A DNA stretch of 64,000 nucleotides. Origin: Eledone cirrhosa. Its lineage: Eukaryota. The notes under the pieces are model-generated. The model was given only the letters and a program-made list of their open reading frames with translations, was not told the origin of the DNA and ran no database searches. This document shows, piece after piece, positions 40,522-53,649 of this stretch. Made by a program: the position numbers and the translations under genes. The stretch lies in the NCBI GenBank assembly GCA_964016885.1, contig OZ024740.1, positions 180,358,001 to 180,422,000 on the forward strand, in the 5' to 3' direction. The stretch's first letter is position 1. Each line of letters begins with the position of its first letter.

Positions 40522-41202
40522 AATGAAGGAGAAATAAGATAGATTGAGGGTACGGATGGGATGGAATTAGAAAAAATGTATTTAGATAAAAATAACAGGT
40601 CCATTCATGTTGACATCTCTAGCAAAACTGTTGGTGCTGGCGTTTTGTGTATGATTTATTTTATACATATATATATAATTTAAAAAAAGGAAAAGAATAA
40701 ATTCAATTGTATCTCTAAACAATTTAATTTAATCTTACAATATTATAAATTTACAGTTTGATTTTGTAGATATGTGCTTAATTCGGTGGGGAGATTTTTT
40801 AAAGATTCCTGGTTATCTTTCCTGGAGTCCTTTCTTGGTGACGTGTGTCAACTGATCTAATGTTCTGTTGCGTTGTGTACCTCTATATGAAATAGTTCGA
40901 TGTGTCTGGGTGTGTGTAGGAGGTGTTAATGAGTGTGGGAGAGAGTACACACCGCTACTGAGCACAAAAAGAAAATTGTATTCCTTCTTCCGATAATGGG
41001 ATTCTCTCCTTAAAAATAAAATCGCATATTGGCTGAGAAACATATCCAAATAGAAGTGGATGACAACCGCACTTTAAAACTTTCGATCATTAAGAACAGC
41101 CCTCGGAAGTACTTTACCATTTTACTAATTACCCTTCCATTCCAATGTGAACCTAAATACTTGAGTTGATGTGGTGTGTAGGTGTGCATGTATATATGCA
41201 TG

Positions 41203-41262
<60 letters not shown>

Positions 41263-41299
41263 AAAGAATAGAGGTGTAACACACAAGTTATTATATAAC

Positions 41300-41530
41300 T
41301 TGAGATAGAGTGTCCGTGTTGTTTGCTCTGATTAGAGCAAACAACACGGACACTCTATCTCAAAATTATTTTTGAAAAGCATTTAGAAATGCGCAACCGG
41401 TAAAAACTTAAAAACTTAAAACCACCACTGAATACTAACCCATACAATCACTAATACTCTTTTATTCCTAGTTAAACCATTTTTCAACTGTGAACAATTT
41501 GTCAGAATTTTATATTCCGTTTACCAATAT
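41300..41530 (+). repeat. pLTR-like repeat starting with a perfect 30-bp-arm hairpin; near-identical inverted copy at 63518-63715
   Basis: ttgagatagagtgtccgtgttgtttgctct-gatt-agagcaaacaacacggacactctatctcaa; degenerate HHR ttgaaaa-gcattt-ag-aaatgc-gcaa-ccgg-ta. Confidence 0.8.
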
Positions 41531-41831
<301 letters not shown>

Positions 41832-41867
41832 TATAGGTGTGGATATGTGTATGTTTATGTGTATGTG

Positions 41868-41898
<31 letters not shown>

Positions 41899-41931
41899 GT
41901 GTGTGTATATATATATATACATACGTATGAG

Positions 41932-41966
<35 letters not shown>

Positions 41967-42019
41967 ATGTATATGAGCTGTTTGTATGTTTCCAGATAGG
42001 GAAGTAAATCTATAAGCTG

Positions 42020-42710
42020 GCATGATTACCCCACCTCACCTCCAAACCAATATCAACAAAATACATTTCTGTCAACAAAAATTCAAAAACTAACATTATT
42101 TTCCTCTTTGCTGTCAATCTATTGTTAAGAAAATACATGTATCTTACACCTCATTAACCAGATGCAAACCCAAATTCATCGTTAATATAGAACAGTTATT
42201 TAATATAGATTTAAGATAGTTGATTCAGCCATAAGAAAAGAATTTGAAAAACATCTTGCCATTATATTGGATTTACTAAAGGTCGTCTATTGCAATATAA
42301 CCAGCTGGAGGGTACTTTTACAACTCCTTTCTAAAACACACCTTAAACACCTCAACACATCCACTCCACTCCCAATCAATTATCTTGCTATTCCCATGCA
42401 CTATTTTCTGTATATACATATGTGTTTTAATTTCTTTAAATTTTCATCAATACTCCTTTACTTCTACACTCACTGTCCTATATATAAATTACACATCACA
42501 GCACAACCTGGTCTCAGTTTGACAATCACCGCCGACGAATGCGAGAAAAGTCTCCTGGAAAGTTAACCAGGAATCTTTGAAAAAAATCTTCCCACCGAAG
42601 TTAACAAATAACTTACTAGCTCTTGAAACCCAAATTGTAAAATTATATTATAAAATTAAACTAAATTGTTTAGATCTACAAGTGAAGTCATTATTTTCCT
42701 TTTTTTAAAT
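42020..42710 (+). mobile_element. About 700-bp dispersed repeat (inverted copies at 49295-49860 and, partially, 40690-40860)
   Basis: Shared acaacctg..cagtttgacaatc..ccgaYgaatgcgaga..ggaaagttaaccaggaat and atacatttctg..ttgctgtca blocks. Confidence 0.7.
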
Positions 42711-44584
42711 ATAAGTAACTTTACGAAGGATTTCACACATTTTCCGATATATATATATACATATATATACATATGCCTTATTGACTGTATTGACTTCTGC
42801 ATTATACACCCATTTTCCTTGCTTATAATTGTTCTGCCTACTTTTTTAGCATGTGCTTTTTTGGGGTCTTGTGCCTTTTTTTGCTTGTGCTTTTTACTTA
42901 TACCTATTACACTTCCAACCAGTGCTGCCTGTAATTGTGTTCTTTCAAGCAGAACATCTTTTTAACTTATGACTCTCCACATGATGCCTTTGACACTAAT
43001 AACAATTATGTACCCTAAATGTTCTAAATGACTGGGATTTTAGTTACATGTTTCGACATTCCTTATGCTCCGATAATTCCAGACTTTCTTCTGGAAGAAA
43101 CAATTGTCAGCTAACTTGATCGTTTTAACACTGTATATATATATATCAAGAGAAGTGTACATCATTTATCAGTTTTACTCATTGAATGATTATATTAAGT
43201 AATCAATTATTCAGAGCTTTATAGAATTATAGATGTGAAAATCAAACAAAAAATACATTTTTTTTTTGTACTCCGATGTCATGGTTGTAAGAAGCAGCTT
43301 GGATGTACCAATATTTTAGGATATCTGTCACTTTCAGATATCACAACGCATTAGTGATCTTCTCAATCCAAGGAAAATTCCTTCAAGTGAGTCTAACCAT
43401 TAATACTTTTTAATGGGAAAAATATAACGGTGTTCTTTTTTGTGTATTTGTGTGTATGGGGATTTGTGTTTGTGTGTGTGCATTTGCTTCTTTATTTGTG
43501 TCTTTAACTATGTGTCCAGTAAATAGGATAAATAAAGAGACTAAAACACAGATAGTATTTTATATATGCCTATTTGATTTACTGATTATGAATTTATTTG
43601 TTTGGTGTATGTTTACTGAGAAAAATATATTACCGAGGGAAATTACTAAAAACTGCAAACCGCCTGATAGTTTTTATTCATTTCTGATAAAGTAATTCTG
43701 TACATTTAATTAGTGATACGTTGTTTGGTTGAGTGTGAATCTTGACAATGACATTCCACGTTTCAATAAATAATAATTTCAAGTAGATGAAATACGTGAC
43801 ATATATCATAAATTCATAGAGTTTGCATTTCACTAGTTTTCATTGATATACCCTCACTTATGAAGCGTGCTCATCACCATATATATATATATAGTCTTCA
43901 TAACAATTGTCAACTTCATTATATTTATATTGGTTTACTATAATAATTACAAATGTTTTCATTGTCGTAGCCATTAAATTTGTTCTCGAAATCAATATTA
44001 TCATAAATATGACGGGGGAGAAAACAGGTTGGTCATTGCAGCTAAACATCTACATCATCCTAGATAATATCACCATCATCACCATCATCATCATCATCAT
44101 GATTACTATCATCATCATCATCCTAATCATCATCATCACTATTATCATCATCAACTTCTTCTTCGGTATCATCGTTAGTTTTGTCATTCTTATCAACATC
44201 ATCATAAATCACTATCATTATCAACACTATCATCATCAACAGCAACCTCACAGTGCAGTGGTGTCATTCTTCTTACCGCAACCTCTACTCTAACCAAATT
44301 AATTGTAGTCAACATTGTCATAAACCTCTCTATCATCATCATAGCCTAATCCACGTCACTATAAACGCATTTCCCCAGAATAATTATATTAGTTCTAAAC
44401 AATTCTATTTAATAATATAATATTACTAACAGAATGGCCCAGCGTTGCTCGGGATTTGCTCTAGAGTTCTTATATATTTGATATATATTTATCCTTATCG
44501 AGCCTCGTGAAATAAATACGTTCCTTTATATTTTGTTATTGTGTATGCAAAAATATTGTACACGAACATATAATTATATATATA

Positions 44585-46495
44585 ATGGAAAAATTTGAAC
44601 AGGAACAAAACAGAGAGTCAGTACAACGAATGTTTATTAATTTCACGCTCTGGAGAGTGGGGTGGTGGTGGGGAACGACGTTTCGGGCATAAGCCCTTCC
44701 TCAGGTGAGAAGTGTGTGGGAACAGAGTTCAAAGGGTGTGTAGGAGAGTGGTGGAGAGACATATAGCGAAAGGAAACGGTGCGAATGAAATGAAAAATAA
44801 AAATAAAAATAAAAATAAAGCATGATCAAAATACAAGGAATGAAATAAAATTAAATATAAAAGCATGATCAAAATAATCTGAAATTAAAAAGGGGGTAAA
44901 ACAGGTGGTGGAAGGGTGTGGGGTGTGTAGGAGTGGTGGCGGGTGGAGTGGGAGAGGGAGACAGGGTGTCCGAGCGGGGAGGGTTGAAGGTGGTGTGTGT
45001 GTGTGTATGTGAAAGTAAGGGTTGGGGGAAGAACGGGGTTGCATGTTCAGGAAGAGGTGTGTGCGGGGGGGGGGGTTGTAGGTCGGAGTGTCTGTGCGTG
45101 TGTGCATAGAGGGGTCGGGGGAGAGAGTAATCAGGAGGCTGAGGGTGTAAATATGTGGTGGAAAGCACGTGTGTGTGGGTTTTAAGCGTGTTGTGGGTGT
45201 AGGTGGCGTGTGGAGAAAAAAACATTTGTTGGATGTGTGTGTGGGTGAGTTATATAGGTGATCCCGTAAGAGGATGGTTGAAAAGTGGGTAAAATCCTAT
45301 GATGTTTAGTGGATTCCGTGGTGGTCAAGTTCCGCATACGAGTATTTCATGAAGAGATGGTCGGAAGAGGAGAGATGTGGGGTGCGCGCGCAACAGGAAG
45401 TGGTCAAGCAGTGGGAGTGCTGTGTGTCTGTTTGTGCTGGGAGGTGGTCAGAGGGCATAGCAGCAGACGGTGGAATGGTAAAGGGGCGAGGATGGGTAGG
45501 TGTGAAAGTTGGAGTGAGGAGGGTGTGTGTGTGTATTAGTAGAGGTGTTAGTGGGATGAGTGAGTGTGGAGCGAGGGTGTGGGTGGAGCGGGGAGAGAAG
45601 GGTGTGTGTAGTACTATGGAGTGAGTGTGGTGTACTGGTGTGTGTGTAGTTTGATGAAGGGGGTGTTAGTGGGTTTTAGTATACGGGAGGTGGGGAAGTG
45701 TTGAATGCAGGTGTGAGTAGGGTGTGTGGGTACGTGTGCGTGTGATAAGGAGGGGGAGGAGGAAAAGAAGGGAGGGATGTTAGTATGTTAGTTGGGGAAG
45801 GGTGGTCGGATGAGGGGTGGAGTGGATGTGTTAGTATTGTTAGTTTTGGGGTGGGCGGTGAAAAGGAGGGGTGTGTTAGTGGTGTTAGTGGGAGATAAGT
45901 GTGGGGGAGGGGGTGGTCGAAGGCTAAAGGAATAAGGGTGGGGAGTTCAGGCCAGGGGGAGTGTGGGTCTGTAAGATGAAGATAGTTCTTTGTTTGACTC
46001 TAAGGCGATTGGCGGGTGTTCCCTGGCATTGGAGTAGGCCACAGACTGTGAGATGGCGTGCGGAATGTCCAGGGCCACCAAAGTGGCGGGCGATGGGGGA
46101 ACTACCACCGAGACGAATATCCCGGAGGTGCTCAGTGAATTGGTCCGCCAGGCGACGTCCCGTCTGTCCGACATAAGTCCGTAGACTAGGTTGGAGGAGG
46201 TGCAGCGGAAGGCATGCCGTACAGAGAGAGAGTGGCCGTTGGGACCCTGGAAGGTGGTGGTGTTGGTGATGTGGGGACAGGTGTTGCAGCGGGGCCTAGA
46301 ACAGGAAAGGAACCGGGGGGGGGGAACATAGCGTGGGTTGGGGGTAGGGAGCTGTGGACGAGGAGGGTGCGGAGATTGCGTGTGCATTTGAAGGAGGGGA
46401 GTGGTGGGGTTGGGAATATGTGGGAGGTGGAGGGGTCGGACTGGAGGCGTCGGATGGTGCGGTGGCGGGGTAAGGTGGAGGGGTAGTAGGTAATG
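44585..46495 (-). mobile_element. Second copy of the GC-rich Neptune-type PLE, 5'-truncated at (TA)n; HHR motif at about 44674-44707
   Basis: [39 protein letters not shown]; rc CTGAGGA-agggcttatgccc-GAAA-cg-TC. Confidence 0.9.
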
Positions 46496-46509
46496 GGTAT
46501 ATACATATA

Positions 46510-46633
<124 letters not shown>

Positions 46634-46694
46634 GTAATTCCATCGGAAAAGTCCAGGAAAAAAGAGTGCTCTATGTAAGCAACAGAGCTTAATT

Positions 46695-47018
46695 ATTATT
46701 ATTATGTAATAAACAACATAAGGCAATTATTCCATTTACCAGTGGTTTCTTAAAAGCAAAAGGTTTTGCTTTCAATCCTCAGAATGAAAAATCCTGGTTT
46801 GTTTATTGAATATGGATTCTAAAAACAAAAATGCAATCTATATGAAAGTGAGGTTCCAGCCTCACTTTCATATAGATTGCATTTTTGTTTTTGGAATCCA
46901 TATTCAATAAACAAACCAGGATTTTTCATTCTGAGGATTGAAAGCAAAATCTTTTGCTTTTAAGAAACCACTGGTAAATGGAATAATTGCCTTATGTTGT
47001 TTATTACATAATAATAAT
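46695..47018. repeat. Near-perfect palindrome (about 159-bp arms, about 6-nt spacer) carrying two divergent intact HHRs
   Basis: Centre gaaagtgagg-ttccag-cctcactttc; HHR on + at 46925-46982 and its mirror on -. Confidence 0.95.
46925..46982 (+). ncRNA. Type I hammerhead ribozyme (intact)
   Basis: ttcatt-CTGAGGA-ttgaaagcaaaa-tc-ttttgcttttaa-GAAA-ccactgg-TA-aatgga. Confidence 0.85.
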
Positions 47019-47213
47019 ATATATATATATATACAGTTGAAGAGTAACCAATCGTAAAGAGAGAGATGGAGATAGTGGAGGTGATAGGAGAGAAGAAGAG
47101 AGCTTGGTGAATTAGTTAGAAGCCAAAGCGTAAAGGCATGTGCTCAATGTGCAATATTCAGTGGAAGGCAGCTAGGTGGCTGGGTTCATGCAGAGGTTTG
47201 GTGGACAGAGCTG

Positions 47214-47965
47214 GAAATATTCATTAGTTAAGCGAAACAAGACCAGACATTTCACAAGGAAGACATTATTAAAAGATTGTCAACGTATTTTATTTTGATG
47301 TAACGAATGTGTGAGAATAATAATAAAAATTGTTTCTACTTTTGGCACAAGGCCATCAAATACCCAGTACATTACTGGTACTTTATTTTATCGACCCCGT
47401 AAGGATGAAAGGCAAAGTTAACCTCGGCGGGATTTGAACTCAGACCGTAAAGGGACGTGACTATGCTGGAAAGCATAGCGTCCGACTCTCTACCGATATT
47501 GCCAATCCACACCCGGAGAATAATAATAATAATAATGTCCGTTTACAATTGTTTCGCTACTCCATATAGATATTTTTGGATCAAATGATTATAGATCATT
47601 ATTGATCTGGTTCAGTTGAAAATAATTAATAAATGTAAAATTAGAGTAGCTCATCGGAACTTCAAAAGGAATATAAATTAAAATAAGGAAAGAATGCTAC
47701 ATGAATGTAATGTTCCATATATTGGTATTTCACTATTTTACCTAAATTAATTATTTTCAACTGAACCAGATCAATAACGATCTCTAATCATTTGATTCAG
47801 AAATATTATATGGAGTAGCGAAACAATTGTAAACGGACATTATTATTATTATATTATTATTATTATTCTCTACATTCCTTACATCAAACTAAAATATGTT
47901 GACAATCTTTAAATAATGTCTTTCTTGTGAAATTTGTGGTCTTGTTTTGCTTAAATAATGAATAT
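47214..47965. mobile_element. Fold-back element (about 230-bp arms), left arm split by a SINE; long-insert HHR at 47541-47660 (-)
   Basis: 47214-47325 plus 47517-47642 is the reverse complement of about 47735-47965; rc gtt-CCGATGA-gctactc-[~80 nt]-gagtagc-GAAA-caattg-TA-aac. Confidence 0.8.
47326..47515 (-). mobile_element. SINE family B, full length with 13-bp target-site duplication (TSD)
   Basis: gagaataataata flanks both sides (47313-47325, 47516-47528). Confidence 0.93.
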
Positions 47966-47993
47966 ATTTATATATATATATATATATATCTAT

Positions 47994-48642
47994 CTAAGGC
48001 GGGTAAAATTCCCGAGATCCATGGACGAGCTCTCTCCAGCGGTCTCTGTCCCTCATTATCGCTGCCATATCCTGCATCTACAATAGACCAGTGTCTGTCC
48101 TTAGGGCATCAACATATGTTAACCTTGGTCTTCCTCTTCTAGGGTGTCCATGTAGGGGATCCCAAAGGAGCACTGAGTGCAATGTCAACTCTGGATGTCG
48201 GTGAGCATGTCCAGCCAACCTCAGTCTCCTCTGTGTCACTTTTGAGCTGACTTTTGGGATGTTCCCATACAGCTCTGAGTTTTTCATCCTCAGTGTATAC
48301 TGATTAATGTTCAGAGCCCTCCTCAGCATTCTCGTGTAGCACCCATCCACCATCTGAGTGAGTTTCTTGGTCAGTGTCCAAGTCTCAGACCCATACAGCA
48401 GCACATACTCTACTACAGCCATGAAGAGGCGGACTTTCAGGTCTCTACGAAGGTCAGACTTCCACACCGATCTCAAGCTGTGGCACGCCGCCCAGGCCTT
48501 GCTCTTCCTCTCAACCACATCATCTTCCGTATTCCCAATCTTTGCTCCCAAATACAGGAAGTCCCCAACCAATTCCAGCGGCTTCCCGCCTACATTAGTG
48601 ATCCCCTCTGGCTTCTCAACATTCTCTACCAGATATTTTGTC
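47994..48642 (-). mobile_element. RTE-clade LINE 3' fragment (best-preserved copy)
   Basis: FLYLGAKIG..KSKAW..LLYGSETWTLTKK..LRLAGHAHRH..RRGRPRLTYVD. Confidence 0.93.
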
Positions 48643-48656
48643 TTATATATATATAT

Positions 48657-48747
<91 letters not shown>

Positions 48748-48862
48748 TAACAGTTTAAAGTTTAAGCAAAGAATCGTTGCTTTCACCTTTAGCTGTATCT
48801 TTTGAAACTGAAATATAAATCTGTGAACGCAGAAGCAAATATTTCGAAGAACGTTACACACA

Positions 48863-48950
<88 letters not shown>

Positions 48951-49937
48951 ACATACACGCAATATATATACATATATACACACACACACACACGCACACA
49001 CACACAGCTACGTCGTAGTTTTGTAATGCAGACACACAGGCGTACAGACATATATTATAAGGGCGCAACGTTATATCTATATATCTATCTAAAAAGAGAA
49101 AGGCTAAGAGTTATAGAGCGAGATCGCAAAATCGCCTAATGCGGTCCGTAGGGCATTGAACATTTGAACACTCACAGGACCATAAGTATTACATGAGTAA
49201 AGTTTGAAAACAATTGGTTGGGTGGTTGTCGAGTTTTAGTGATCGGACAGCCAGACAGACAGACAGACATTCTGAGTTGGTATATCTAATAAGTACTTTG
49301 ATAACTCCGCTGGGAAGATTTTTAAACATTCCTGGTTAACTTTCCTGGAGAACTTTCTCGCATTCATCGGTGGCGATTGTCAAACTGAAATCAGGTTGTG
49401 TCGCCTTTATATAAAAGAGAGATTTGGATGTGACTGTAAGGATCTTAATGGGTGTAGGAGCGAAGGATTGTTGACGGAGAATTAAAGGTATTAAAACAGA
49501 CATATAGACACACACAGATATATATACAAATATATACACATATATAAATAGAAAATAGTGAATTGTAACAAGCTAATTGATTGGGGGTGCTGTTGGGGTT
49601 ATTTACAAAATGTGTTAGAAAGAGGCTGTAAAAAGTGCTCTCCTGCTGGTTCCATTTCAATAAATGATATTTGGTGGTGGTGGTGGTGGTGGTGGTGGTG
49701 GTGGTGTGGTTAATGAAGTGTAAGTTCCATGTCTTTTGATGAGAATGGGATGACAGCAAGGAGAAGAATAAGGAAAGTTTTGGAATATTTGTCAGAAATG
49801 TATATTGTTGATTTTGATTTGCGAGATGAAGTGTGTGTGGTGCAGATGGGGAATGCTAGCACACATATTCACTTCCCTAGATGTAAACATACTTGCAGCC
49901 CAAATACATTACATTCACACACATGCACGCACGCACG

Positions 49938-49969
<32 letters not shown>

Positions 49970-49980
49970 CACACACACAT

Positions 49981-50024
<44 letters not shown>

Positions 50025-50026
<2 letters not shown>

Positions 50027-50900
50027 TGTTATACTTTGGGAGGGTCATGTTGCCAATAAGGAACACACGCACCATCGCCTTCACTCCAATGTATTATAAA
50101 TTAAATTTATAAATTTAAGAAATTTGTAAATTTCCGGTTGGTTGGTTGGTTCCACAATCAGACGGTTGTTCATATATTGTCAAAGTTCTTTCGTCACACA
50201 TGCTGTGACCTCTTCAGCGACGGGGGATTATTTTCTTTGTTTTGTACCTCTCCTTTGTTCTGTCCTACGCCATCTTGTTTTTGTGTGTGTTGTGTGCTTA
50301 GTTTGCGCATGTGTTACATCCGGGTGTCTGTGTGTGTTTTTATTTGTTTATTTATTTTATTGTTTATTTACATGTTACTAGTTGGTTGTTTGTTCTATGT
50401 GTGTGTGTTTTCATTTTCTCCTTAATTGTTAGTTCTGATGTTGCTATTACATTCATGTTTTCTATTTAATTTTCGTTGGAGTTCATTTACGTTTATTGCC
50501 TCTGTGATTTCTCTAAACATTGCGTCTTTTCTGTGTGTAGATTTTATTTTTATTTCTATGTTCTCTAATTTGTCCTTGTATTCTTTTTGTGGAGGTACCT
50601 GATCTTTCCACTATCTTAATATTTAGTTTATGTTTATCTAGGGCCCTTCTAAATGTGTAAGCTAGTTCACCTCTAGGTGTTGTATTGATGAACATTACAC
50701 ACTGGTATTTATTGCTATCATACCATGAGTTTATTCTATTAACCTTATTACTATTTCTTTCTATTCTATTCCAAAATGTTCTCCTATACATGGGGCAGGT
50801 CCCATTTGTATCATTATTTACCATTTTTTCCCATTTGGTTCTGGCTCTTCTATATACTTTGATTTTATCTCTCTGATTGTAACCAGAGAATTGCAAAGCA
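50025..50900 (-). mobile_element. PLE fragment: post-RT thumb/linker remnant (50513-50896) plus the terminal repeat shared with 13090/14345
   Basis: FSGY..D..GTCPMYR..W..SWY..VMFINTTPRGEL..IKIVERSG is typical of the PLE region between RT and GIY-YIG. Confidence 0.7.
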
Positions 50901-51269
50901 TTCTCACTAAATTAATACAACAAAAATGCTTATCAGTCAAGCACTAAATGAATCTCCGGTTTATTGCCAATGTGTCAGACTTACACCACACGCATATACC
51001 TCATAAATACTGACTCCAAGTACATTTTATTAGTTATCTCTTCACTACCTTAGCACTACATCTAATGTACCCTATAGCAGTTTTCAAATGTCAATTTCAT
51101 ACATCTGTATCATATCAGTTCGTTTTAATATGCTAGATTCTTCATTATACTCTATTTCTTATTTATATTGATGTTATTTTAACTATTCAGTATCTAGTTA
51201 TTTTATTATTGATATTATTGTTCTGGTTTAATAAAAGCCATGCCTTGTATATCTTCATCACTTTCGCAC

Positions 51270-51377
51270 GCTCTGATGAAAATGACTGGTTATAAACAAA
51301 GATTTCGAGTTCATTTGACGCAACACCAAGCGAGTAGCGAACTCTAGACCTACCAGATCAAAGAACGATTTATCAGC
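51270..51377 (+). ncRNA. Degenerate long-insert HHR
   Basis: gct-CTGATGA-aaatga-ctggt-[~60 nt]-accag-atcaaa-GAAC-gattta-TC-agc..AATAAA; layout like 9670-9781. Confidence 0.45.
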
Positions 51378-51603
51378 AATGTGAATAAACCGCTTATTGT
51401 TTAGCAAACCATGTCACTCTTATTTCTTGAACTATTATTACTCCAAGTATAAACTAGATAGAAATGACCGTGAACTCGCAGCATCACTATGGAAAGTTCT
51501 TGTTGAGTCAAACTAAGCCATACGTTAATACCATCCACTACACAGAGTACTCTAACTGGAATACATCTAAGTGGACTGCCTACAACGATAACCTGTTATC
51601 CCG

Positions 51604-51680
<77 letters not shown>

Positions 51681-51685
51681 GTTTG

Positions 51686-51759
<74 letters not shown>

Positions 51760-51779
51760 GATATTCAGAGAGAGACAGG

Positions 51780-51841
<62 letters not shown>

Positions 51842-52074
51842 GAGAGAGATAGATAGAGAGAGAGAGAGAGTGAGAGAGAGAAAAGGAGAGAGAAAAGTGA
51901 GAAATAGCGAGAGATAGGTCGATCGATAGATATATAGATATATATTTTGATTTCACAAAAGAGACAACAATTAACATTTTCCATCAAAAAAAGCTGTAGA
52001 GAAGTATGAATACATATTACGTACATGAGCGATAATAGATCGGATTCAAGTGAAGGTAGGTAAATATCCTTTTT

Positions 52075-52138
<64 letters not shown>

Positions 52139-52439
52139 CACATATATATATATATATATATACATATATATCTGTGTGTGTCTGTGTGTGTGTGTGTGTG
52201 TATGTGTTTGTTTTTGCACGTGGGTGTGGGTGTCTGTACGTGTGTGTATAAGTGTGTGTGTATTATTAAGTATATCCATTAAGTATATCCGCAAATCGAA
52301 GACCAATTATTATCGGAAATGTCATGATTTCGCAAAATGCCGGAAAAGAAATTCATTTCTTTGTATTCTTTTTTTTTCTTCATGATTGATTATACATACG
52401 TAGATTGACACAGACATATATAAATATATATATAATATT

Positions 52440-52504
<65 letters not shown>

Positions 52505-52622
52505 TTAGGGTAAATATTGATGCAATTCAATTCAAGCACTCAAGGTACTTTTTCCACATAGGAGTGACGGAGTAAATATCGAATAAGGAAAAGCGAAGTA
52601 GTTTTAGATGTTCAAGTCTTTT

Positions 52623-52676
52623 AATAATTGTTTCTCCTTTAGGCACAAGGCCAGCAATTATCCAGTTCATTACTGG
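52623..52676 (-). mobile_element. SINE family B 3' tail fragment
   Basis: aataattgtttc..ggcacaaggccagcaattatccagttcattactggt; gttcaagtcttttaataat repeated on both sides. Confidence 0.75.
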
Positions 52677-53561
52677 TTCAAGTCTTTTAATAATAATACT
52701 GTGATATATATTTCAATGGTGACACTGGCCACACTATTCTGTGTGCCAGGGTCGCGATATTGTCAGACAGTTTGTTACATAATAAGGTTATGTTTCCGAG
52801 GCAATCCAAATTGAATGGACATGGGAACGGATGAAGTGTGTGCTTTTGGGTTCTTCATCCGGTCCCCTGTGAGTAACAATTCACGCCCCACCGGTCTGCG
52901 CAGGCGCATGTCCGAAGGAAGTTGACCATTAGCTACCGTAGATTTCAACAAAATTCGCTTAGTCAGTGCCCCCTCTCAGCCAAACAATCACCCATTCAGG
53001 CCTGTACCATAGTTTACTGCTACCCATCCCGTCTGTGACAGTCAGCCGAAAGCCAGAGGGAATGGGAGAGTGTTAGTATTTACAGGTACCAATACTACCT
53101 CTCACCAAGCATGGACAGTACAACTGACCATCAACCCCTAAGAGAAAATATACTTAATTCTATGTTAAACACTGTGGCCACCTGTGGCTTGTATGTTAAC
53201 TTGACCACTCACCTCAGTCTGTGCCATGATTCGGTCTTGTTTAATGTTTAATTTCTATTACCAACCCACCTAAAAATTTCCCTACTATATATCTGTTGAA
53301 TTACTATTCTTGGTGTTTTTATTTATTTATTTTTTTATTTATTTTATTTATTTATTTATTTATTCATTTATCTATTTATTCATTTATTTATTTATTTACT
53401 TATTTATTTATTTCAAAAAAGCACTCTGGCTAATTGACCACTCCCCCAAGAAAAAACGGCCTGTGCCATGTTGTGGTCCTGTGTATCTAAAAACCATCCT
53501 ACACCCACCCCTCCCTTACCACTATATAAATGTATAAATACCAGAACTTAATATGACACCC

Positions 53562-53612
53562 AGCTTCCTGAAGATTTCATCTGAATCAAACAGTACTAGT
53601 CCTGTAGAAGCT
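53562..53612 (+). ncRNA. HHR motif with G12C change
   Basis: agcttc-CTGAAGA-tttca-tc-tgaat-CAAA-cag-tactagtc-ctg-TA-gaagct. Confidence 0.65.
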
Positions 53613-53649
53613 CCTTCTATAAAATATATATATATATATTATATATATA

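Noticed and set aside
42780-43100. Possible old LINE C-terminal remnant on the minus strand
   Set aside because: Similarity too weak to support by eye
44424-44455. Helitron 3'-end-like hairpin (actaac..cccagcgttgctcggg) and a 5'-end-like segment at about 49150-49290
   Set aside because: CTAG is mutated and the two ends cannot be reliably paired
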